Source: Thermoanaerobaculia bacterium (GTDB lineage: Bacteria; Acidobacteriota; Thermoanaerobaculia; UBA5066). From it: a DNA stretch of 64,000 nucleotides. The notes beneath the pieces are model-generated. The model worked only from the letters and a program-made list of their open reading frames with translations. It was not told where the DNA came from and searched no databases. The position numbers were made by a program, and so were the translations under genes. The DNA is taken from the NCBI GenBank assembly GCA_035542215.1, contig DATKLW010000082.1:1733-65732 (forward strand), in the 5' to 3' direction. Shown piece by piece: positions 7,629 to 16,505 of the stretch. The stretch's first letter is position 1; every line of letters starts with the position of its first letter.

Positions 7629-10600
7629 TCAGGGCTTCCAGACGAACTTTTGCGGCCCGTAGTGGCGCTGGCGTCCGTCCTTCGACCGGAAAATGGCGAC
7701 GACCTCGTGCGGCCCCGCGTCCCCGGGACGGAATGCATACGTCGCTTCGTAACCGGCCCGCGCGCAATCGCCGAGCCCGGCGACGGCGGTGCAGACGTCC
7801 GGCCGCGGAATGCGCCGCGCCGCCGCCGGCGTGCGCGCTTCGCCATCGACGAGGATGGTGACGTCGAGATCCTCTCCCGGAATCCGCGCCCAGCCCTCGA
7901 CGCGAAGAGAGCCGTGACCGGTGGCGCCCTCAGCGGGAACGTCGACGGCGCCGGTGAGCGATCCGTCCTCCCGCCACGGCGCCCCGGAGGGAGACAGCCC
8001 GGCCGGCGGCGTCCACGGAAGCGGCTCGAGAGCGCGCGCCGAGGGCTCGTTCTTCGCGACGGCGAAGAGGTCGTTCTGGACGTCGCCGTCGAAGCGTTTC
8101 ACGAAGACGAGGCGGCCGGACGCGAGGGCGCGGTCGATCCACTCCCGGTGCGTCGTGCGCATCGCCGGGCTCAGCCACGAGCCGCGGACGAGGACGTACG
8201 ACGTCGGGATCTTCTCGAGGAGGTCGAGGAGATCGTCGGGGATCGGCGCCTTGCGCTCGTCCTCCTCGATCCGGCTGATGAGAGGCGACGAAAAGCCCGA
8301 GACCGCCGTCACGAGCGGCTTGCCGTGGTCGGCCGCGCGAAGCACGGCGCGGTAGTTCCCGTGCTCGTCGTCGCCGGACGGGAGCTCGACGAGGCCGCCG
8401 GCCATCGGCGTCTTCGCGAGGAAACGTGTCGCCTCGTCCGGGTCGGCCTCCCCGCGCACGAGGTCGAGCGGCGCGGCGCGGTCCTCGAGGAGTAGCGCGA
8501 CGCAGACGGCTGCGAACGCGGCGCCCGTGCGCGCGCCGGGCCGCCGGCGCTTCCAGCGAGCGGCGAGCTCCTGCACGGCGACGCCCGCGAGAATCGCGAG
8601 GCCGAGATACGCGATCGTCGCCCAGCGCGCGGGGACACGGATGCTCCGGAAGAGGAAGACGGCCTCGAAGAGGATGCGGTGAAACGGGAAGCGGACGCCG
8701 AGCGACCCGAAGAACCCCAGGAGAGCGAGAAGGAAGCCGACGACGATCGCGTCGGGACGGCGTACGAGGCGGAGACTCTCCGGGATGTTTCGCGCCCTTA
8801 CGAGCGGCAGGGCGGCGGGGTACGCGAGCCACCAGCGCAGCGCGAGCGCGGCCGTGAAGACGACGAGCGCCCGCGCGGGGTCCGTCGCCCGGAAGATCTC
8901 CCGGCCGTGATAACGCAGGTGGATTCCCGTCGGGCTCGCGGCGAAGATCGCGAGGAAGCCCGCGGCGATCGCAATGCCGTCCAGCCAGCGCAGGAGCCGG
9001 GGCGAAGGCGGAGAGCCAGCGGGCGCGGGGGCGTTGCCGCGCGGCGACGGCGAGAGGAGGAGCGCCGCGAGCGGGAGCGCGAGGAGGAGGAGGCCCGGGA
9101 AGAGCGAGCGCTCGCCGGGCGACGGGAACTGCGAGAACCCGCGCCAGAGCTGGTTGCGCGGGTCCGCGTTCATCCAGTCGTGGGGCTCCGCGGAGAAGTC
9201 GCGCGCCTCGTCGAGGCTGCGCGTGAAGCCGTAGAGCTTCGCGGCGCGCTGGTAGGGCAACAGGAACGGGAGGAGGGCGAGCGTCGCGACGCCGAGCGCG
9301 AGCGCCGCGCGCTTCCAGCCGGTCCTGTCCCGCTCCACGCCCGTGCGGAACGCGAGGACGAGCGCGACGGCCGCCAGCGGGACGAGCGTGAGGACGAGCC
9401 AGTGGACGACGGCGAGCCCGTTCAGGAAGAACGCCGCACCGAGCCACTTCGCGCGGCGCGCGCTGCGCTCGCGGAGGAAGAGGACGAGCGCCTCGAAGAG
9501 GATCGGGATCCAGCCCGCGAAGAGATAGTTCACGTGCGGCAGCTGTCCGAACCGGTACGGCACGAACGCGAACGCGATCCCCGTCACCCACGCGGCGCCC
9601 GTCGAGCCGGTCAGCGTGCGTCCGAGCCGGAATGCCCCGTACCCCGAGAACGCGAACCCGAGGAGCGTCAGGATGCCCTGAGCCGTGAGGGGACGGAGGC
9701 CCAGCGCGAAGAGCGGGAAGAGCGGGAGCGCGAGGCCGTAGTTATGCTCGCTGAACGCGAGCGAGAGCTTGTACGGGAAGTAGATGTTCCCGTCGAAGAG
9801 GTGGAGCGGCGCGTGGAACGTCTGGTGCCAGTCCCACCAGAGGATCCATGAGTTCAGGTACGGGTCGCCCGTGTCCGAACAGTAGTCCCGCAAGTGTCTC
9901 GCCCACGGCCACGTCATCGCGACCGTCAACGCGAGGAACGCAAGGAAGACGAGCGCCTCGCGCAGGAACGCGCGGGCCCGCGCGGACGGCTGCTCGGACA
10001 TCGCGGGGATTCTATCGGCGCCGCTCAGGAACGCGAGCGCCGCGGGCCGTGCCCGCAGCCCGGCGCGGAGCGCGAGCGCGACGAGGAGCCCGAGCGGACA
10101 GGCCAGCTGGAGGAGCAGCCGATTCCAAGTGGGGTGGACCTGCTCGGCCCCTCTCCAGGGCGTCAGGAGGAGTGCGCCGACGTAGAACGCGAGGCAGCCG
10201 CCGGCAGCGACGAGGAGCGGCGGGGCGACCCGGCGCCGGAGGCCGGAAGCGCCGGCGAGGAGCGTGACGCCGGCGGCGACCCAGAGGCCCGACCAGTCGT
10301 CCCACGAGACGGTCTCGATCGCCGCTGCACGCGGGAGGAGAGGAAGCCGCGCCGCCGCCTCGTGCGCGAGAGAGACGGTGCGAAGCTGGACCGTGTAATC
10401 CTCGTCCCAGCGCTGCGGCACCTTCGCCTTCCACGCGTGGAGCGCGAGCGCGGCGGCGAGGACCGCTCCGGCGGCGAGCGCGAGCGCCCGCAGCCTGCGT
10501 GTCCGGTCCGCCGGCCGGTCGAGGGCGGCGGCGAGGCCGCCTGCGACGAGCGCGACGGCGGCAAACGGGAGGCCTTCGTTCTTCGTGAGAACGGCTGCAG

Positions 10601-11435
10601 CGAGGAGGACGGCAGCCGCGGCGCCCTCGGACGCGCGCGGGCGTCCGAGGAGGAGGAGAAGGCCGGCGCCGAGGAACGCGCCGAGCGGGACGTCCGAGTA
10701 TGCCCCCGCCGCGCCGCCGGAATGCTCGAACGCGAGGTAAGGCGTCACGGCGAGCGCGAGCGCCGTCAGCGCGGCCGCGGCGGTCCCCGCGTGCCGCCGC
10801 GCGAGGTCGAAGAAGACGAGGAGGAGGGCCGGAAAGAACGCCGCGTAGAGCGGCTTGATCACGCGCGGATCGTCGCTCGAGTCGAACGTCTCCTGGACGG
10901 CGACTTGCGCGAGCGGCAGGAGGAGCGGGTACTGGGGATGGTCGACGAACGCGTCCGCGTCGAGGATCGCGCGCGGCGTCACGCTGCGGTCCGCGCGCAC
11001 CCAGCGGGCCGCGGCGCTCCACGTCATTTCGGCGTCCCATCCGAGCTCGCGGTGCGTCGCGGCGTCCAGGATGAGGCCGATGAACGCAGCCGCTGCGACC
11101 GCGAATGCGGCGCGGGCGGCGAGGCGGCCGGCGCGCGGCGGGCGGGGCGTCTCCACGGCCGCCTTGCCGCGCAGGACTCGCGAGAAAAGACCTGCGAGGA
11201 CGAGGAGGATGGCCGGCGCGAGGACCACGCCCCGGCGGATCCGGACGTCGAACACGATGCCGAGCAGGTAGACCATTCCCGGGACGGCCGCGACGCCGAG
11301 GAGATACGCCCACCCGAGCCGGGCGGCGAGCGGCCGTTGCCGCAGCGCGGGGAGGAGCTCGACGAGGCCGCGCCCGGCGGCGAGGAAGAGGACAACGCCG
11401 CCGAGAGCGGCGGCGACCGGCGCGCCGCCGCTCAC
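7629..11435 (-). CDS. Very large polytopic membrane protein: two fused GT-C-like (ArnT/PMT-like) membrane modules plus an extracytoplasmic region and a C-terminal beta-domain
   Basis: A continuous 1268-codon frame from the GTG at 11435 (GTGA overlap with the upstream gene). Residues ~1-480 and ~490-1000 are each multi-helix hydrophobic modules. The second begins MSEQPSARARAFLREALVFLAFLALTVAMTWPW...GDPYLNSWILWWDWH...YFPYKLSLAFSEHNYG. The last ~110 aa are paralogous to the C-terminus of the 11941-13710 product. Confidence 0.75.
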   Translation of the reverse strand: MSGGAPVAAALGGVVLFLAAGRGLVELLPALRQRPLAARLGWAYLLGVAAVPGMVYLLGIVFDVRIRRGVVLAPAILLVLAGLFSRVLRGKAAVETPRPPRAGRLAARAAFAVAAAAFIGLILDAATHRELGWDAEMTWSAAARWVRADRSVTPRAILDADAFVDHPQYPLLLPLAQVAVQETFDSSDDPRVIKPLYAAFFPALLLVFFDLARRHAGTAAAALTALALAVTPYLAFEHSGGAAGAYSDVPLGAFLGAGLLLLLGRPRASEGAAAAVLLAAAVLTKNEGLPFAAVALVAGGLAAALDRPADRTRRLRALALAAGAVLAAALALHAWKAKVPQRWDEDYTVQLRTVSLAHEAAARLPLLPRAAAIETVSWDDWSGLWVAAGVTLLAGASGLRRRVAPPLLVAAGGCLAFYVGALLLTPWRGAEQVHPTWNRLLLQLACPLGLLVALALRAGLRARPAALAFLSGADRIPAMSEQPSARARAFLREALVFLAFLALTVAMTWPWARHLRDYCSDTGDPYLNSWILWWDWHQTFHAPLHLFDGNIYFPYKLSLAFSEHNYGLALPLFPLFALGLRPLTAQGILTLLGFAFSGYGAFRLGRTLTGSTGAAWVTGIAFAFVPYRFGQLPHVNYLFAGWIPILFEALVLFLRERSARRAKWLGAAFFLNGLAVVHWLVLTLVPLAAVALVLAFRTGVERDRTGWKRAALALGVATLALLPFLLPYQRAAKLYGFTRSLDEARDFSAEPHDWMNADPRNQLWRGFSQFPSPGERSLFPGLLLLALPLAALLLSPSPRGNAPAPAGSPPSPRLLRWLDGIAIAAGFLAIFAASPTGIHLRYHGREIFRATDPARALVVFTAALALRWWLAYPAALPLVRARNIPESLRLVRRPDAIVVGFLLALLGFFGSLGVRFPFHRILFEAVFLFRSIRVPARWATIAYLGLAILAGVAVQELAARWKRRRPGARTGAAFAAVCVALLLEDRAAPLDLVRGEADPDEATRFLAKTPMAGGLVELPSGDDEHGNYRAVLRAADHGKPLVTAVSGFSSPLISRIEEDERKAPIPDDLLDLLEKIPTSYVLVRGSWLSPAMRTTHREWIDRALASGRLVFVKRFDGDVQNDLFAVAKNEPSARALEPLPWTPPAGLSPSGAPWREDGSLTGAVDVPAEGATGHGSLRVEGWARIPGEDLDVTILVDGEARTPAAARRIPRPDVCTAVAGLGDCARAGYEATYAFRPGDAGPHEVVAIFRSKDGRQRHYGPQKFVWKP

Positions 11436-11896
11436 GGGAGGGCCCCCCTTTCGGCGAGCACGCGCGTCTCGACGAGGTACGGCCACGGAGCGACGACGCT
11501 CGGAACCACGGTCCAACGCGGGAGAGATGCGAGCTTCTCCCGGGTGACGTTCGTCCGGAGGTCCTTCGCGTTCCCGCCGAAGACGGCGCGCCTCGGCGCG
11601 AGGTCGAATCGGACGATCTTGTTGGCGTCGCCCTCCAGGATCAGATACTCGGCGTCCTCCGGCAGGGCTGCGCGGATGCGGTCGATGGCCGCCGCGTACT
11701 CCGGGCCGCGAAATCTGGCGAGCGCCGCGCGCGCATCGTCCCGCGAGGCCTCCGGGAGGTCACGGACGCGCGCCCACGTCGCGAAAAGAGCCGAGGGGAC
11801 GGCGACCGCCAGGTACGCGAAGAGCGCGAGAAGGCCCGCGGCGGGCAGGGCGCGGCGCCATCCGGTGGAAAGGCGGATTCTCAAGGGCGGCCGCAT
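11432..11896 (-). CDS. Small membrane-anchored hypothetical protein (154 aa)
   Basis: ATG at 11896. TM anchor ALPAAGLLALFAYLAVAVPSALF followed by a ~120-aa soluble domain. The stop overlaps the start of the large GT-C-like gene (GTGA). It sits inside a longer spurious track ORF (11432-13237). Confidence 0.6.
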   Translation of the reverse strand: MRPPLRIRLSTGWRRALPAAGLLALFAYLAVAVPSALFATWARVRDLPEASRDDARAALARFRGPEYAAAIDRIRAALPEDAEYLILEGDANKIVRFDLAPRRAVFGGNAKDLRTNVTREKLASLPRWTVVPSVVAPWPYLVETRVLAERGALP

Positions 11897-11940
11897 GATA
11901 TCGGCGCGGGCGGCCTCGCGCTCGCTCTCGCGCCGCGGCG

Positions 11941-13710
11941 TCAGTTCCGCTTCCAGACGAACGACCGGGTCCCGTAGCGGCGGACGCGCCCGTCCGGAGC
12001 GCGGAAGACGGCGACGATCTCGTGGGGGCCGGAGTCGCCCGTTTGAAAGTCGAATCCGATCTCGTACCCGGCGCTGGAGCAGTCGCCCAGGGCGGGGATC
12101 GCGCGGCAGACGTCGGCCCGCTCGCGTCGACGGGAGAACACGGGCGTCCGCGCTTCGCCGTCGATGTAAACGGTGACCGCAAGGTCCGCCCCCGGGATGC
12201 GCCCCCATCCGGCGACGACGAGCCGGCCCCGGATCATGCGACCCTCCTCCGGCTGGTCGATCGAGCACCAGAGATCCTCCGCCATTCCAGGCGTCGACAC
12301 GGGGATCGCGTCGGCGACACGTAGCGGCCGCCCCCATGCCGCCGCGAGCTGGCCGTCCTTCCACCACCAGAGGGCGCGCGGCCCCACCCGGTCGAGGACG
12401 AGCGGGTCCCAGTCTCGGGCCCCCGGCGCGTACGCGAGGAGGAGCTGCGTGACGGCCGCGAACGCGGCGAGGGCGAGGAACGCGACGCGCATCGGCCTGC
12501 CGGCAATGAGGAGGAGCGGGAGCGCCGCGAGCGCGAGGAACGGCGCGGCCTCTGTCGTCAGGCGGGGACCGAGGCTCCAGCCGCCCCACCAGAGGATGTG
12601 CGAGGCCGCGAGACAGGCCGTGGCCGCCACGGCGGCGAGACCCGCGAGCGCCCACGCGAAGAGGCCGCCGGTGCTCTGTTTCCGGCGCGCGAGGCCGAGC
12701 GGCAGCAGAACGACCCACGGGCAGAAGACGAGGAGGCCGCGGCTCGGGCTCGCGAGGACGCCCTCGAGGCCGCCCGCGAAGTCGGCGTTGAACATCCGGC
12801 GCCCCGTGTTCATCGCGCCGTACGCGCCGAGCGGATGGCCGTAGAGCACGAGCTGCGCGCCGCAGACGGCGGCGAGCACGGCGGCGAGACCGGCCGCGAA
12901 CCTCGTGGCGGCGCGGCGGTCCGTCGCGAGGAGAGCGGCTCCGACCGCGGCGGCGCCGATGAGGGCCGTGGGCCGGCAGGCGAACGCGAGGCCGGCCGCC
13001 GCGCCCGCCCACGTGGGAAGCGGACGCGCCCGGAGCGCGAGGAAGAGCGCGAGCGCGAGGCAGAAGATCTCGCCCGTGAAGCTCCAGAGCGCCTGCGCGG
13101 CGTTCGCGGGGACGGGCGTCGCGAGGGCGAAGAGGGCGGCGGAGGCGAGGGCCGCGCCGTTTCCCCAGCGCCGGAACGCCGCCCAGAGGAGGGCCGCCGC
13201 GGCGACCGTGAGAAGCGCCGCTGCGTGCTTTTCCCACCGGTCCACGAGTGCCGGCGTCACGCGCCCGCCGCTCCCCGCGAGCGCGACCGCCGCGTGGGGG
13301 AGGACGAGGAACGCGGTTCCCGAAGGGAACCTGTTCAGGACGCGCTTTCCGGCGCGGACGGCCGCGTACGGGAGATTCGGCCGGTCGAACGGCGGCGTCT
13401 TCGAGAGGTCGAGCGTGCCGCGCGTCAGGATCACGGACGGCAGCGCCGAGATCGCGGCGTTGTCGCCCGAGGAAAGGACCGCGGCATTGCCCGCGTAAAG
13501 CGCGTAAAGCGGGAACGCGCCCGCGAGAAGGAGGTCGCCCGGCGTGAGCGTGCGGCGTCTCGCGCGGACGATGCCGTACGCGGCGAGCGGGACCGCGAGG
13601 ACGAGCGCCAGGAATCCCCCGGAGCGCGGCCAGCCCGGCGTGAGCGCGGGGACGAGCGGCAGCGCCGCCGCGAATGCGGCGAGGACCCCCGCGGTCCGGC
13701 GGAGGATCAC
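11941..13710 (-). CDS. GT-C-like polytopic membrane protein with a C-terminal beta-domain (589 aa)
   Basis: Only the 3' 589 codons of the 1489-codon track ORF look like protein. The GTG at 13710 gives VILRRTAGVLAAFAAALPLV..., followed by about 11-13 hydrophobic helices. The C-terminal ~110 aa (GWGRIPGADLAVTVYIDGEARTP...DVCRAIPALGDCSSAGYE...GPHEIVAVFRAPDG) are paralogous to the end of 7629-11435. Confidence 0.7.
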   Translation of the reverse strand: MILRRTAGVLAAFAAALPLVPALTPGWPRSGGFLALVLAVPLAAYGIVRARRRTLTPGDLLLAGAFPLYALYAGNAAVLSSGDNAAISALPSVILTRGTLDLSKTPPFDRPNLPYAAVRAGKRVLNRFPSGTAFLVLPHAAVALAGSGGRVTPALVDRWEKHAAALLTVAAAALLWAAFRRWGNGAALASAALFALATPVPANAAQALWSFTGEIFCLALALFLALRARPLPTWAGAAAGLAFACRPTALIGAAAVGAALLATDRRAATRFAAGLAAVLAAVCGAQLVLYGHPLGAYGAMNTGRRMFNADFAGGLEGVLASPSRGLLVFCPWVVLLPLGLARRKQSTGGLFAWALAGLAAVAATACLAASHILWWGGWSLGPRLTTEAAPFLALAALPLLLIAGRPMRVAFLALAAFAAVTQLLLAYAPGARDWDPLVLDRVGPRALWWWKDGQLAAAWGRPLRVADAIPVSTPGMAEDLWCSIDQPEEGRMIRGRLVVAGWGRIPGADLAVTVYIDGEARTPVFSRRRERADVCRAIPALGDCSSAGYEIGFDFQTGDSGPHEIVAVFRAPDGRVRRYGTRSFVWKRN

Positions 13711-13718
13711 GCCCGTTT

Positions 13719-15236
13719 TCAGCGGATCGCGGCCAGCTCGTAGAGGTAATCGACGTGGGAGCGCGCGGCGCCGTCGTAGCCCGCGACCTTCGGGTTCGTC
13801 GACTCGATGACGTAGTACTCGTCCGGTGCGTGGGCGCCGCTGCCGTGGCCGAGGCCGAAGTGCCCGGAGGGCAGCCTGAGCGGAGCGCCCGTGAAGACGT
13901 AGCCGGGGTACGACCCTGCGTTCCGCACCCAGAGGAGCGGGTCGTAACCGCCGCGCTTCAGGAGGGAGATCTGGGCGCGAATGAGCGGCGTGTCCGCGGA
14001 GGTCTCCGTCGGATCGTAGCCGCCCGAAACGTTGACCTCGATGTCGCCGAAGCCGCGCTTTGCGAGGTGCGCCTTGAGGGCCGCGATCGCGCCGTCGTAC
14101 GTCATGTCGGGGACGAGGCGCATGTCGAGCTTCGCGACGGCCCGATGCGGAAGCAGCGTCTTGCCTCCGGGTCCCGTGTAGCCGCCGACGAGCCCCTCGA
14201 TGTTGACGGTCGGCGAGAAGGAGAGGCGCTCGAGCGACGCGCGCCACGAGTCGTCGTGGGCCCAGCGCGCAGCGCCGAGCGTCCGTTTCGCCGTCGTTTC
14301 GTCGAGGCGTTTCGCGGCCGCGTCGAGCATCGCGGCCTGCGCCGCATTCGGCGGCTTCGCGGCCGCCGCGAACCCGTCGATCGCAGGGTCGCCGTCGGCG
14401 TTCACGAGCGTCGCGAGCGCCTGCACGAGATGGAACGCCGGGCTGTCGAGGCGCGCGCGATTTCCGGAGTGGACGTCCTTCGAGGGCCCGCGCCCCCACT
14501 TCTCCCCGCTCGACACGAGCTCGAGCTCGACGACGCCCTTGGCCCCGAGGGAGATCTCGACGGAGCCGTCGGGGTCCTGGCCCGCGCCGGGCATGAAGAC
14601 GCCCATCGTCTTCCCGAGCGCCGCGAGAACCTCGGGCTTCCGCACGACCTCGGTAACATGCGGCGAGCCGATCTCCTCCTCGCCCTCGGCGACGAGGACG
14701 AGGTTGACCGGCAGCTTCACGCCGGCGCCGCGGAACGCGTGGAGGGCGGCGAGAAACGCGGACTCCGGCCCCTTCTGGTTGACGGCGCCGCGGCCGACGA
14801 GGACCTTGCCGAAACCCGCCTTGCCGACGATCCGCGCCTCGAACGGCGGCGCGAGGGTCCACTCCGCCGGGTCGGCCTGCTTCACGTCGTACATGAAGTA
14901 GAGGCCGACGGTGCGCGGCGCTCCGGCGTCGTACGTCGCGAAGACGCCGGGCACGTTGGCCGTCGGCATGCGGACGGCGGTCTGGAACCCCGCGTCCTTC
15001 ACGAGCGAGATCATCTGGGCGACGCCCGTCTCCACGCCGCGGCCCTCCGCCGCGATCGTCGGGTTCCGCACCCAGTCCTGCAGGCGCGCGACGGCTTCGC
15101 CGTGCCGCTTCTCGATCTCGGCATAGACCTTCGCGCGGTCGTCCGCCGCGAAGGCGAAGCGGGGGAGGGTGGAGGCGGCGGTCACGGCGGCCGTGGCGGC
15201 GGCCGCGCCGAGCAGGTCGCGTCTGTTCATGGGCAT
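13719..15236 (-). CDS. M20-family metallopeptidase, Tat-exported
   Basis: Twin-arginine signal MPMNRRDLLGAAAATAAVTAAS...AFA. M20/ArgE/DapE-like body (EGEEEIGSPH, and GGYDP...HAPDEYY near the C-terminus). Confidence 0.85.
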   Translation of the reverse strand: MPMNRRDLLGAAAATAAVTAASTLPRFAFAADDRAKVYAEIEKRHGEAVARLQDWVRNPTIAAEGRGVETGVAQMISLVKDAGFQTAVRMPTANVPGVFATYDAGAPRTVGLYFMYDVKQADPAEWTLAPPFEARIVGKAGFGKVLVGRGAVNQKGPESAFLAALHAFRGAGVKLPVNLVLVAEGEEEIGSPHVTEVVRKPEVLAALGKTMGVFMPGAGQDPDGSVEISLGAKGVVELELVSSGEKWGRGPSKDVHSGNRARLDSPAFHLVQALATLVNADGDPAIDGFAAAAKPPNAAQAAMLDAAAKRLDETTAKRTLGAARWAHDDSWRASLERLSFSPTVNIEGLVGGYTGPGGKTLLPHRAVAKLDMRLVPDMTYDGAIAALKAHLAKRGFGDIEVNVSGGYDPTETSADTPLIRAQISLLKRGGYDPLLWVRNAGSYPGYVFTGAPLRLPSGHFGLGHGSGAHAPDEYYVIESTNPKVAGYDGAARSHVDYLYELAAIR

Positions 15237-15281
15237 GCGCGAAGTCTACCGCCGCCCCGGCAGACCTCGCGCCCGCTCGAG

Positions 15282-16466
15282 TCAGAACGCCAGGCGGTTT
15301 CCGGTCTCGAAGCGGGATCGCGCGCCGGGCGGGCGTGAGACGCCGGTTGCGAAGGCGCCGAGGAGGGTCTCCATCCCGTCCGGATGCGACGCCGGGCGCT
15401 CCTCGACGACGAGGTCGAGCGTGCGCTCCTCGCCCCGGTGCGAGAGCCTGAGGACGACGTGCGCTCCGACGCTGAGGTCCGCGAGCGCCCTGGCCGCCGC
15501 CGCCGGGGAGTCGACGCGCATCCCGTCGATCGAGCGGATGACGTCGCCGCCGACGAGAATCGGGTGGCCGGCGATCACGAGGTCGAGGTCGCCTCCCTTG
15601 AGACCCGCGCGGGCGGCCGGGCTCGACGGCTCGACGACCTCGACGAGCAGACCCTCGCCGAGCGGCTCCTTGAGGAGGTCGCGCATGTCGCGCGAGATGA
15701 ACGAGCCCTGCACGCCGAGCCAGGGCCGGACCACATGGCCCTTTTCGAGGAGGTCGGCGGAGACCGACTTGATGAGGCTCGCGGGGACGGCGAAGCCGAT
15801 GCTCTGGGCGTCCGGGAGGATCGCGGTCGTGATGCCCACGACGTCGCCGCAGACGTTCACGAGCGGGCCACCGGAGTTCCCCGGGTTGATCGCCGCGTCG
15901 GTCTGGATCAGCGGCTCCTTCGTGGACCACGTGGCTCCGGGGAGGACGCGGTTCACGGCCGAGACGATCCCGCGCGTGAGCGTCTGCTCGAGTCCGAACG
16001 GATTCCCGATCGCATAGACCTCGTCGCCGACGCGCACGGCATCGGAGTCGCCGAGACGGGCCACGGGGAGCGGCGGACCTGCGGGCGGCTGGATCCTCAG
16101 GAACGCGATGTCGAAGATCGCGTCTGCTCCGACGACCTGCGCCGGAATCGCCTGGCCGTCGTCGAGCGTGACGGTGATGAGCGGCTGTCCTCCCGCCACG
16201 ACGTGCGCGTTCGTCAGGACGAGGCCGTTCGCGTCCACGAGGACGCCGGACCCGGACCGCCGGTCGATCGGGCGCGAGGGATCGTAGGGATTGATCGCGG
16301 CGGCCGTGATCGAGACGACGGCCGGCGAGACCCGCTCGTAGAGCTGCGGCAGGGCGATCGCGCACGGCGCCGGCCCGGCGAGCGCGGGCCGGACGGCGAA
16401 GGCGAGACACACGAAGAGCGCGGAGAGGAGGTCCGGGCGTCGGCGCGGATCGGGCGCGATCGGCAT
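15282..16466 (-). CDS. HtrA/DegP-family serine protease (trypsin-like domain + PDZ)
   Basis: Catalytic triad context TNAHVV ... D ... GNSGGPLV, followed by a PDZ-like region (GLLVEVVEPSSPAARAGLKGGD). Has an N-terminal signal/anchor. Confidence 0.9.
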   Translation of the reverse strand: MPIAPDPRRRPDLLSALFVCLAFAVRPALAGPAPCAIALPQLYERVSPAVVSITAAAINPYDPSRPIDRRSGSGVLVDANGLVLTNAHVVAGGQPLITVTLDDGQAIPAQVVGADAIFDIAFLRIQPPAGPPLPVARLGDSDAVRVGDEVYAIGNPFGLEQTLTRGIVSAVNRVLPGATWSTKEPLIQTDAAINPGNSGGPLVNVCGDVVGITTAILPDAQSIGFAVPASLIKSVSADLLEKGHVVRPWLGVQGSFISRDMRDLLKEPLGEGLLVEVVEPSSPAARAGLKGGDLDLVIAGHPILVGGDVIRSIDGMRVDSPAAAARALADLSVGAHVVLRLSHRGEERTLDLVVEERPASHPDGMETLLGAFATGVSRPPGARSRFETGNRLAF

Positions 16467-16505
16467 CCCGGTAAGACGGCCGCGGAGACCGCGGGGATTA
16501 CGGCG

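Noticed and set aside
8679-12176. Plus-strand ORFs of 390 aa (8679-9851) and 760 aa (9894-12176) antisense to the GT-C-like genes
   Set aside because: The composition is dominated by R/E/D/G/P runs, with no hydrophobic core or motifs. The opposite strand encodes coherent polytopic membrane proteins.
13711-16410. The 5' 900 codons of the 1489-codon minus-strand ORF 11941-16410
   Set aside because: This part overlaps the M20 peptidase and HtrA genes in another frame and translates to Arg/Pro/Gly-rich junk. Only the part from the GTG at 13710 onward looks like a membrane protein.
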